A DNA stretch of 64,000 bases from NCBI GenBank assembly GCA_965649825.1, contig OZ287709.1, forward strand, positions 372,001 to 436,000, read 5' to 3'. This DNA is from Penicillus capitatus. Taxonomy: Eukaryota; Plantae; Chlorophyta. Shown one piece after another: positions 13,085-24,135 of the stretch. The notes under the pieces are model-generated. The model searched no databases. It was not told the origin of the DNA and saw nothing but the letters and a program-made list of their open reading frames with translations. The position numbers were made by a program, and so were the translations under genes. Each line of letters begins with the position of its first letter. The stretch's first letter is position 1.

Positions 13085-13553
13085 ATGACCTCCCTGCGCC
13101 ACGTGCTGCTCCTGCAGCGAGACCTGCCAAAAGCCGTCTCCTTCTATCGAGATGGACTGGGACTCCAGCTGAGAGTCTTCACGGAGAAATGGGCTGAATT
13201 CGATGCGGGCGAAACGATCATCGCACTAAAGGCAGTCGAAGGGTGAGTCCCGTCCACGTCACGACAGACGTCCGTCCGAGTCCGCAGACACTTCTGTGCC
13301 ACACAGAGAAGCCTTCTGCACGGCAGGTTTCACGCCGATTCTCAACTTCGATGTGAAGGATCTGCAAGGAACGCTGACGAGACTGCTGCAGAAGGGCGGT
13401 ATGATGGACGGTCCGGTTCAGTATCAAACACAAGGAAAAGTGCGCTGACTCTTCGTGCGCAGATGAATGCGTAAAGGATCACTGAAGGTGGCAGCTGTAA
13501 GAGCCCCGGATGGACATATGATCGCTCTGTTTGAGAACGCCGAGGACGTGTAG
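13085..13553 (+). CDS. Small VOC/glyoxalase-bleomycin-resistance family protein, 3 exons (absent from ORF track)
   Basis: MTSLRHVLLLQRDLPKAVSFYRDGLGLQLRVFTEKWAEFDAG..|..PILNFDVKDL..MDGPVQYQTQGK|VAAVRAPDGHMIALFE matches the plant small VOC family pattern. Confidence 0.85.
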
Positions 13554-13639
13554 CGTGTAGAGTTGCGCTCAACGAGCATCCGCACTTGTTTCTGATGACT
13601 TTAAGAGGCAAATGAAATCGACGAAATCTCCAGTCCGAG

Positions 13640-15760
13640 AGTGCACGAACATTTTGTGGCGGGATGGCGGCGTCTACGCCGAAACTTTCGTGCGTACGAA
13701 ACGTCTCGATGGACCCATCGGTTCGCGCGATTGAGTTCAGAGTCGCATTCACATCGAATGTCTCTCTCGATGCATTCTATGTTTTTTTCAAAGTTGCCAT
13801 TGATCTTTCTGGAAATGTCGTATGTCACACACTTGTTCTGCACAGGAAAATGTTCACGTCATAGCAACAGAGAACGTAGGAGGAAGGACAGCGACTGTCT
13901 GCGCATTGCTTTCTGGTGCACAGTACTCTAACTCCAACATTCGATGTTTCGACGATGTGATCACTCAAATCTTCATCTGCAGCGCAAGTTGTTTGCGACT
14001 TCCACGCACCACGTCACACTCTTGAGCAGGCTCTCTGTCTCTTGAAAAGACTGGAGCAGTTTCGGTGGGCGAGTCGGATATAGAGAAAACAGATGGATAC
14101 TAAGTGCAGTCGGGACGATAAGACAAGACATCGACAAGAACAAGAAGCCGAGCACTTCACTGAGAGAAAAGAGTATCGACTCTGCGGCCTTTCATCTACT
14201 GTCGTCTTCTGACCGATACCCCTCCCCGGCTCGCTGACCAGAAGCGGTCCCATCACTGCTATCTCTTTCGAGCAGCATCTGCCGCCACAACTGCATTCTG
14301 ACGGACGAAAAGTCGAATTACTCCCGCAATGCGGCAGACGATGGAGGAGCGACGACATTGGAGGGAAATGCAACAGGAAGCATTGCCGATTGTCGGTTTG
14401 CCGAGAACCAAGCACACAAAAATGGCGCCAGTGCTTACCTCCAAGACTCCGCGTTCTCTGTTCAGCAGTGCCGTTTCACGACGGGGTCGGCAAAGCACGG
14501 CGGAGGAATATACGCACAAAATTCCAGAGTCTCTATAGAGAAGACATCGGCATCCGATCTCTCTGCGCGTGAGAACGGTGCTTTTATTGCGGCAGAAGCT
14601 AAGAGTTCAGTGATCATGGCAGGCAATTTAGTAAGCACTGCTACATCACGCAGAGGCGGCGCCGTTTTTCTTTCCGATTCCGATCTTAAAGCCAGAGACA
14701 CGCACATTTCGCAGTGTATAGCAGAAACTTACGGGGGCGCTATTAGTGGAAGCTTTTCATCACGTTTTTTGTGTCGCGACTGCGTTCTCGAAAACAACAA
14801 CGCAGAACACGGGGGTGCCATTTCCTTTGAGTACAGCGTAACGAACAGATCGCTGTACAGCTAGAGAAGAGCTTCATTCGAAACAACTCAGCCATCTTCG
14901 GAGGTATTCCTCGAGCACTAGAGACTACGAGATGGACAGACTTCTGTCTGCAGGGGGAATGAAGATCGTGGCTGATGGTACATCTGCTGCGTCAAACTGC
15001 TCTCTTGCAAGAAGCAATTGCGGAGTCGCCGCCGTGGTGGACACCGTCTTCACGAACAACACAGCAGGAACAGCAGGCGGTGCCATCTTTGCTGACAGAT
15101 TGCGAGGACTACTCGTTGTAAATCCAGTCGCATTGGTCAGGCAGATTTATGTACAATATCACATTTGAGTCCACTCACCGAGACAAACGTACGAACATGT
15201 ACGGGAGGGATATCCGCAACGGCTCACAGTATATCCTACCGGACTGTTCTGCTGTCAAAAGCATAGCCAAAACGGAGGGTATTTCGCCAGCCACTCCAGG
15301 AACATCCTGGAGTACCGTTCGCAGCGTCAAGTATCGAAACAGAACCGGTAGGTCTTTTCGCCTTCAACTCCCCGCACTTGACTCAGAACTTTTGTGGATT
15401 GAACTTTCTGCTCAGGGAAGACACCTCAAACGGTGCTCGCTTCTGCGGAAGTGAAATGCCTCTCACTTTTTGTGAGGAAAAGCAGAGAAACCAATCCCGA
15501 CGGTCTGTGCCAACCAGTCAACGGTTCGTTCAACATGTTAACAAAACACCGCTGGAGAAATGCCTTTCGCACATTGGTCTTCGCATGCGCAACGGGCGAC
15601 AGTTTTTCCGAGACGCGACCCACTGCCGAAGCGTCAGACACGGCAAACCGCGCTGGACGAAATGAAGAAAGGAAAAGCACAGACCCATGTCCAACCGTAC
15701 AGAATGGCTCACGCCACCCTGGTAGTCTCCATATCTTCATGCCTGTGTTACTCTGAAGCT
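13640..15760 (+). pseudogene. Degraded right-handed beta-helix (PMP/polymorphic-membrane-protein-like GGA repeat) gene
   Basis: Repeats such as FAENQA, KHGGGIYA, RGGAVFL, YGGAISG, ENNNAEHGGAISF and FTNNTAGTAGGAIF. A frameshift at ~14845 and broken frames on both sides. Confidence 0.6.
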
Positions 15761-15889
15761 TAGCGTCCTCAGATTCCTTTACCAAAGCAAATGACAGCTC
15801 TGAAGCTACTCAAGATATCCGGGTACGTCTAGCCGTGAATGGACAGTGGTGGTGTCAGCAATACATGTGTGTGCCTTTAGTCGGGCGTT

Positions 15890-16480
15890 GTGGCTTCGGA
15901 TGCGTCTCCCCACCCAAAGACAGCAATTGAGAGTTTCTTAGTCTCGACGCGTGTCGATATCCATGTCAAATTCTTCAGAAAGGGCAGCGACTCCTCTGAG
16001 TCCTTTCATAAAAGGGAATCGAGAGACGCATGCAAGCTGGACGATAGTTTCTTGAAGGATGATTACATTTTCATGTGGAAGATCGGCAGGAAGGGTCGAC
16101 TTGTTATCACCCTCAACACACCCCCGTTTTGTCGTATCCCTATGTATACCAGATGTATGTACATGGCAGTCGCAGGTGGTTTTTTCTGCACACCTGAGTT
16201 CGTCGAAGAGAAGAACTCGGAAAACCAGTCAGTGATTGTGGTTTCATTGGACGCCTCGATTTTCAAGTCCCCGCGGCTCGGCGTTCCTTCCCCTGCCTGG
16301 GGTGACCCCTACACGAGATACGTCCCATTGAACCTGATCCTCGAAGTGTGCATTGGAAAGAAGCTGGAGTACGTTGAGACCCTTTCAAAAACGATATACT
16401 GCCGTATACGTCAGAGTGAGAGCATGGACACAAACTTCCTTCAGCGGAAGAGCAAGAAGAAAACGTCAAATCGCCACTGA
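15890..16480 (+). CDS. Orphan 196-aa ORF, unknown function
   Basis: Uninterrupted ORF with protein-like composition; no motif recognised; non-ATG start in the track. Confidence 0.3.
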   Translation: MASDASPHPKTAIESFLVSTRVDIHVKFFRKGSDSSESFHKRESRDACKLDDSFLKDDYIFMWKIGRKGRLVITLNTPPFCRIPMYTRCMYMAVAGGFFCTPEFVEEKNSENQSVIVVSLDASIFKSPRLGVPSPAWGDPYTRYVPLNLILEVCIGKKLEYVETLSKTIYCRIRQSESMDTNFLQRKSKKKTSNRH

Positions 16481-17473
16481 TGATCACAAAAGCGCTGAGT
16501 CTCTTCTCCTGCGATGGAGAATTCGATGTCGATCGAGCGCATTCCGCTGATAAATCTGCTATACACTTCCACAGTAATAGCTGTTTTTTCTCATGCCCGG
16601 ACACATCTAACAAAAAGCAGGACTTGGCTCTTCTTTTTATTGCCGTTTGCAAGGTTTATCACATACATGATCTGCAGGAAATCGAAGAGTGTAGTACGTA
16701 AAGCTTTTCTTTTCTGCAGTGTAGCCTGGAACCCTGTTTGTGATTTCCCCCTGCTGCCAATGGAATTCGCAATGACACAATTCATCAACATGGCATATAA
16801 GCCATACCTATACCTTTGGTTTTAGCCGTTTCGCATGAGTTCACCCAAGAGTGAATGGAAATAAAGAGGGAAACTCAATGGCCAACTGAGCCATGGTTAA
16901 TGCTGTTTTTCATGAGCGTGTTATGATTCACTCTGAATCTGGGTTGCTCTTGCGAGCTTGCCCGAACGCGCACTCGCAAGTCAGGACAAGTCTCACGATT
17001 CGCCTTTTGATGCACAATTAGACTAAGTGAAATTCATTCCGTCGACGAAAACGAATGCCGTGCGAAAGTCTGCGAAAAGGACGCCTTCTAATGAAGTCGA
17101 TCGAATGTCTTTTCTCGAAACTCAATCCGTCCGCGCTCGCGAAATGGGGCGAACTGCGAAGCTGATATCCTGTGACCACTTCGTGCACCTATCGGATTTG
17201 GATACAACCGGAGAAGCTGCGTTTGACATCCTCAATTCAAAAAGCATCTCTTGACGAGTCAGCACTAGAAAACGGGATACTTGTTAAGGTGCAGATGTGA
17301 CGCAGCACAGGTGAATTGAGAATTAGGCTGCCCTGCCCTGGGAGCAGGCGTAACAAAAGTTTTCCGTTGTCGTGTATCAAAACACTGCCGTTCATGCTGA
17401 ACCGAGCGTGCACAGAAGCATCCGTACAACACTTTGACGGCAACCAGATCTAACATATCGCTGTGGAGGAGAC

Positions 17474-18046
17474 ATGAAGAAGAGGACGATGCCGTGCGCT
17501 CTCCTCCAGATTTGGATTGGGCACATGTTGATACAGACGAGGCTGAAGAGATACCAGATGAGCCACCGTCTTCCGAAGTCAATGTGAACCTCGTTGGTGA
17601 CGCGGACGAAGAGATCATGGTCGGTGGGGGTGACTTCGATCAAGGTGATCCATCGATTTGCGAGGTCTGCGAGTTAGACTGGCTGTTCTAGGCGAACTGG
17701 GCGGCGTTTCCTTGGAAGATATTGAACGGGTCATGGGTGGCGACGGGGATTCCACGAGTTCCCGGGCACTGTTCCCTCAGCTGCGACGACTGCTGGAAGG
17801 ACTTGACCCACATCTGCTGGATAGAAGATCAGACGTGGGCGATGGAGACAGCAGAGGCGATGGCGATGCAGCTGCATTCCTGCGAAGATTGCGTGAGCTC
17901 CTGAGTGTGTTGGGGAGCAGCCCTCAGTCGGAAGACCCCTATGGAGCTGGACCAAGCGGAGAAATGCAAGAGCAGACAGAAGAGTGAGAAAATCGCCAAA
18001 GGATCGTTCCGCGAACGAAAAAAGAGCCTGGAAGATGAGATTTTTG
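17474..18046 (+). repeat. 573-bp inverted copy of 51923-52495 (last two exons, intron and 3' UTR of the UBAC1-like gene)
   Basis: Manual alignment: same length, about 12 substitutions, no indels (~98% identity). Confidence 0.95.
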
Positions 18047-18897
18047 TTCGGGTAGAGATCCCTTCGCTTCTTCCCGAACTTGGCGCGAAAGTTGCCATTC
18101 CCAGCTGGAACTCATCCATCTCAGGGCAAAAATGGCAGACAAAACCAAGTCAAGTCGGATGGGACGTCCCTCCTCACTTTCCACCACAAAAACTGAACCG
18201 CGTGGGCTGCTCGCAATGCTCCAATAGCAACACTGCTTCAGGTCGAAGCCCATAGTTAACGAGACGCTAACTTCGACATGCGCCCACCCGTGACGATTCT
18301 ACTGCCGACTTTTGGCGACATCTTCTCCACCAAAGATCTCTTCACCGGTGACTTTGGCGACAGAACGACATGCTTTCGCAACGATTCACTTAACAATTTT
18401 ACCGACGTCTAACATCGTTTCGTGTCGATTCTCCCGACGACTTTTGACTGTTTCTGTGTGATAACATTTTCGTCGCCTTGAGTGCTTTGATTCTATGATC
18501 TCCATATGTAACACAAGGTATTCAAGATTTCAGCATATGCTTTTTATTTTGTCAGTTGCCGTAGCCTTCAATGCGTTATCGCCGCTTTTCTAAGTCAACG
18601 CATCCGTCAAAAAGTCTTTGAAATTATCGTATTAAAACAATGAACTTTGTCAGCAAAAATCTTCTTAATCAGAAAATAAGTTGAAAACGTCTAGAATGCC
18701 GAGAACAGTGTCCTCCATCTGATAGATAGTTGGCGCATGACCCACTATTGTGCTGAAAGGTCGACGATCTACATGTCTTAAAACCATCCGTGATCGTGGA
18801 TGCTCAATAATCCGCTAATGATTCTAGATGACACTGCTTAGCGTTAAACGCATCGCTCGCCGTTGCCCTTCTCGCTTATCCGACGGTAGCCCCGACA

Positions 18898-21375
18898 ATG
18901 AATTCCACGGGACAAACAAACGGACTAGCCGCCCTCGGTAAGGGAATCGTTGCCGATTACCGAGGGCGTCGTCCTTGGTACCTCGACGACTGGCGAGAAG
19001 GAATTAACTCGGGCTTCAGGTTTTACTGTCGCATCTGTCCTCCTACTTACTCTCGACCTCATCTCTCTCAGGATCTTTGCCCCGGCGACCTACATCTTCT
19101 TTGCTTCTGCTATCCCTGCTCTAGCCTTCGGCGAACAAATCGACCATGCAACAGGCTTGATTATGTGGCCTTAATACTTACTCTCCCTAAATTCATCCCT
19201 ATTTCAGATGGTGCGCTGAACGGCGTCAACATTCTTGCCGCTACCGCTATCTGCGGTTTACTCCAAGTGCGATCAGACAGCAGAACTCCTGGATACTGAG
19301 AACTGTCGTCTCAGGCATTCTTTGGAGGACAGCCGTTGTTGATCGTGGGCGTTGCCCAACCAGTTGTGATTGTTTACATCTTTATGTACGACTTTCTCAA
19401 GGACCAAGACAAAATTGATCTTTACCTGCCATGGGCTGCTTGGACGTGCATCTGGGCTGCACTCTTTATTGCATTGTTGGCGATTGCCAATGTCTGCACC
19501 TTTATTGATAAATTCACTCGGTTCAGTGGGGAGCTGTTCGGAATGCTGATCGGCATTCTATTTATGCAGCAAGCGATCACCGGTCTCGTCGACGAGTTCA
19601 AGGTAGACAAGAACCTTGATACGGAAGAACGCAATACAGAAGATCCTTTTGATCCCTCCAGTTATCACTGGCGACTCGTCAATGGACTATGGAGTCTCGT
19701 AAGGATTATCTCTCTGCACCTTGAGAGAAATGAGGCATGTATGTGATAGTTACTGGCACTGGGATTACTCTTCTCTTCTCTCGTTCTACACGGGGCTCGT
19801 ACATGGCGATTTGCTAAAGGATGGATACGTGCTGTTATGGCAGACTATGGTGTTCCTCTGATGATCGCTCTCTGGACGGTGCCTTGGTTTCTATTGTCGG
19901 ATGGATTCCTGCAGCGAACCCTTGGTGTTTTCTAGGGGATATCTTATGCGTTGAAAGGAGCTCCTAGCAACATTCCTCGTCGTCTCAATATTCCCAACAC
20001 GTGGGATGAGGATAGAACATGGAAATCAGCCCGCGATCTGGGAGAAGTGGATGGTTGGCTGATAGCCGCCTCGATTGTTCCGGGTGCGATTATTGCCGTG
20101 CTCTACTACTTTGATCACAATATCTCTTCCAAACTCGCCCAGCAGAAAGAATATCATCTCAAGAAACCTCCTGCCTATCACTATGATTTCCTGCTTTTGG
20201 CTGCGATGACCGTTCTTTGTGGTTTACTGGGACTGCCTCCGGCGAACGGAGCCATTCCGCAGTCGCCGATGCACACCAAGAGTTTGGCATCCCTGAAGAA
20301 GCAACTGGTGAAACGCGACACGAAAAGAGAGAGCAAAGTGAAGTCGTCAAAGAGCACACCGAATCTGGATCATTTAGAGGACACGGTGGAGGAACTGTCT
20401 GCGGCTAAAGACAAAACAAATATGCCATCCTTGCCCAAAGCTCGATCGGCACAGGAGCTGACAGCGACAAATATGCAAGGTCACACGACAAATGCCGTTC
20501 GGCCCGTGTCCAACAGTCCAGAGACCGTCACCGAAACTGTTCCAGCTGTAGAGGTGCGTCACCTTGTCTGAAAAGACTGTCGAAGAGCGTTCTGCCTTTT
20601 GTGGGTATAGGTCAAAGAACAGCGTCTGTCGAATCTTATTCAGTCCATGCTGGTTGCACTGTGTTTATGCGTGACGCCCGTATTGCAAGAAATACCGAAA
20701 TCCGTACTGTGGGGATACTTTGCTTACATGGCCATTGTTAACTTGCCAGGAAGTGAATTCTGGGATCGCATTCTTTTACTAGCAACAGACAAGAAGCGCA
20801 GATTTCGATTGCTGGAAGCACCGCATCCAGCATACTTAGAAACTGTTCCAACGGGAACCATTGCCCGGTTCACAATACTGCAGATGGTGTTGCTGTTCAT
20901 TGTCTGGGGGATTACATTCGCGGGAGTGAGCATCCATCCCTGGCCACCTTTCCGTTCTAAAGAGCTGTGATCTGTGCAGTTCTATGGAATTGTCTTTCCC
21001 ATCGTGATTATGCTCGTCGTGCCTGCTCGGCAGTACCTGATGCCGAGAGTCTTTCGGCTCGAGCACCTTCGAGAGCTCGACATGGCAGAGTACGAAGAAG
21101 CGCCGCCGATCGAACACGACGAAGCACTCATGGTCACACCATTCCTAACGAAATCCTGCCCAGACACACTGTGTTCCTCCTAGACAACTGGATTGGATGG
21201 TGCCTTGGAAGATGAGATGCTGCGTGAGCAACTCGATCAAGAGATTGTGGGCACCAGTGTGAAGCATCATCTCACACGAGAAGAGATTTCCAAACGACGT
21301 CGAAGCATGCAGGAATCGGCCGATATACGAGTGGAAGAGGGATCTCATTGTTTGAAGGACACACTGCCAAAGTAG
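18898..21375 (+). CDS. BOR: Boron transporter / SLC4-type anion exchanger (BOR family), spliced
   Basis: [98 protein letters not shown]. Confidence 0.95.
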
Positions 21376-21785
21376 ATACTGCAGCGTTCCTCCGAAGAGG
21401 AACAGATTCTTTGCTGGAAGCTGTTATTTCATGAAGTGAACACCGATGTTAAGTTGCTAGAGTCACGCAACTGGTAGAATGATAAGCCCTGTCTGCTCAA
21501 ATCACTCACTCCCTCCGCTCGAATACCGAATCCCGTAGCGCTAAATAAAGTTGCCTAACAAGGGCAGAATGCGAGGTATCGAGAATTCGCATGCTCTCGT
21601 GGATATTTTGAGAACCCGCAGGAAGGAAGGTTTTCACGCAGAACAGATCGTTGGCTTCTTCGTTGTTTCAATTCGTCTATGCTGCAGGCTTTCCTGTTTT
21701 CATGCTTTGCTGAATACGGCTTGCTTCGGCACAACAGATGTGACCATCGCAGCCCGTGATGCCTCCTTCTATGCTGCATTGATTG

Positions 21786-22912
21786 ATGCCTCTCGTTGTT
21801 CTGTGTGGACAACCTTCAAGTGGGAAAACGACCGTCTGCCGACGCCTCGCCGAACGATTCCTTCAGCGCGGTCTTGCCGTCCGGGAAATACGAATCGAGA
21901 CGGACGTCGCTCTCGACAAGAACGAAGCCTATCAAAGTGGACTTCGTGCCGTCAGTGTACTTACCCACTCGATGCGTTATGGTTTCAGATAGCGGCGCGC
22001 AAAAGACGGCGCAAAGTGCCCTGCGTTCTGCTGTCGAGCGAGAATTGACCAATCGTTCGACTGTCGTCCTGCTCGACGCCCTCAACAACATCAAAGTGAA
22101 AAATCGCCGTCTCTTAACGCGACATACGCTAGAGGAGGGTTTAGGGGTGTCGGTATGAGATTTGGTGTCTAGCGAGAGCCGCCGCCACGCGTTACTGTCT
22201 CCTGCACGTCGCCACGAGTAACGAGATCTGCCGAAAGCGAAACGCCTCGAGTCCTCAGCCTTATCTCCTCGAAATGTTTCTCCCGTTTCTCTGAGATATC
22301 TCTGGCGACTGTCTGTCGTGGTCAGATTCGAAGATCTGCTGTCCGCCTTTGAACACCCCATATCACAGAATCGTTGGGATTCGCCGCTCTTCACTGTCGG
22401 GACGGATCCGGCAGGCGAAGAAGACGACGCCGTATTCGATTCCGTCGTGCGTTGGATCTGCGGAGAAGAGAATAAGACAGCAGCACCGTCTCTGAGCCCC
22501 ACAGACGCGACATCTGACCCACCCCTTGCACAAACGAACCTGCAGCACGACATCGACAGAGCCGCCACTGTAGACGAGCCTCTTCACCAAGAGCACCTTT
22601 CACGACACTGCATCGCAGGAAATTATCACAAGGTTGACGGAGATTCAGAGGGAGGTGGGGAGCGAGGCCGTTGGCACAGTGAACTTTGGATTGTCCTTAC
22701 CTTCTTTACACCTCGACCGACCGATAACCGTCACAGGTCTTTTGCGCTTTATTCCCTAAGTCTTTTTTGTAGGCTTTGTACATGCAGAGCTGCGTCGACT
22801 GAAAAGGGGATTCCTCAAACTCGCTACGCAATTGCACTACTCTAGAGTGACCAATCCCCAATCCGCCGAGCTTCTGTTCATAGAATTTCTCCAGCAGAAT
22901 TTGGAGATCTGA
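21786..22912 (+). CDS. KTI12: KTI12 (Elongator-associated ATPase), spliced
   Basis: MPLVVLCGQPSSGKTT P-loop, LDALNNIK|GCRYEIWCLAR, NRWDSPLF, C-terminal TELRRLKRGFLKL..LFIEFL. Confidence 0.93.
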
Positions 22913-22919
22913 TTCTGAG

Positions 22920-24050
22920 ATGAGCGGTCTGTACTCCGTCGACATGGATCCGGCCACAGCTCGACAGGCCAATCAGTACCTGGGTACCGTTTTAATACTG
23001 GATGTCCCATCAGGAGTGCACATCGGAATGGATCACCAAGTCTTCGCTGTCGGGACAAAGTTCTGCGGCATCAAAATGATTCCACCTGGATGGCACTTCA
23101 TCTCCATCAATGCCGTCCGTCCCGACACTGCATCTGCCCCTGTCTCATTCTTTTACGATTTCGGCCAATCCGAGATTCTCATACGGCAGTGGGATCCGTC
23201 AATGGAGCAACTGCAGACGGTGTCGGACTCGGATCAAGAGGAGCGCCTTCGTCAAGGTGTCCAAAACTTAGATTTCGATGATGGGCTGGCGCCTTATGAT
23301 ATCTCGCAGTGGAAACAGTGGAAGAAATTGAGTGGCTGGATCGATGGATCAGCCGTGGAGCGTCTGATGGATGGGGCAGACGTGCTTTCCATTGCAGAGG
23401 AGGCACGAGGCATCGAAGGACTCTCACCGAACATCCCTTCCGAAGCTGCACTCATCGCACAATTACAAACAAGCCCTGACGCGACGTCCCGTCCTCAGCG
23501 ACTGAAATGGACGCCCTTTCCTTTGCTAATTAAGAGATCTGGCTGCTCTCCTGCAGAGCTGAGTGCCATGAATCTGGACAAGTCTATGGAGTTGGATCGA
23601 ATTCTGGAGAACTCTTATGCCCTGCGATGGACGTCTATTTTGGCTGAGCTTCAGTTCTCTTTCATCGCGTTTCTGTTGGGACAGTCTCTCCAAGGACTCG
23701 AGCAATGGAAGAAGATGTTGCATCTACTGCTAGGATGCTTTGACGGTGTCTTTTCTCACAAAGAGCTCTTCCGGGAGCTGCTAAGGGTTTTGAGACATCA
23801 GTTGGAATTGCTCCTACTTACGCAATACGATTCGCCGATTTCGGCAGAAATGGCCGAGCTCCTGTCTGAAAGCTTCCTCAAAACGGACATCGTGGAATTT
23901 CTCAAGAACGGTATCTCAGAAGAGCGAGTGATCGATCCGCCACTGTATCAAGAGGGCCAGAAACTCGCTGCTTTGCTCCGAGAGAAGCTCAATTGGGATG
24001 TCTACGAGGAAGACAACGATGATGAATATGCCCCCGTCATCGTCACTTAA
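22920..24050 (+). CDS. AAR2: AAR2 U5 snRNP assembly factor, intronless
   Basis: GMDHQVFAVGTKFCGIKMIPPGWHF, LAPYDISQWKQWKKLSGWI, MNLDKS, ILAELQFSFIAFLLGQSLQGLEQWK, EDNDDEYAPVIV. Confidence 0.95.
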   Translation: MSGLYSVDMDPATARQANQYLGTVLILDVPSGVHIGMDHQVFAVGTKFCGIKMIPPGWHFISINAVRPDTASAPVSFFYDFGQSEILIRQWDPSMEQLQTVSDSDQEERLRQGVQNLDFDDGLAPYDISQWKQWKKLSGWIDGSAVERLMDGADVLSIAEEARGIEGLSPNIPSEAALIAQLQTSPDATSRPQRLKWTPFPLLIKRSGCSPAELSAMNLDKSMELDRILENSYALRWTSILAELQFSFIAFLLGQSLQGLEQWKKMLHLLLGCFDGVFSHKELFRELLRVLRHQLELLLLTQYDSPISAEMAELLSESFLKTDIVEFLKNGISEERVIDPPLYQEGQKLAALLREKLNWDVYEEDNDDEYAPVIVT

Positions 24051-24135
24051 ATACTCCCGACCAGAAAGCCTTTCTGCCGTTCAGCAGACACGAAAAAAGA
24101 TGTGACGTTTGCACGACGTGTGTGATAAGGTTTGG

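Noticed and set aside
17474-18046. Classical processed retrocopy of the UBAC1-like gene
   Set aside because: It retains an intron and has no poly(A) tail or TSD.
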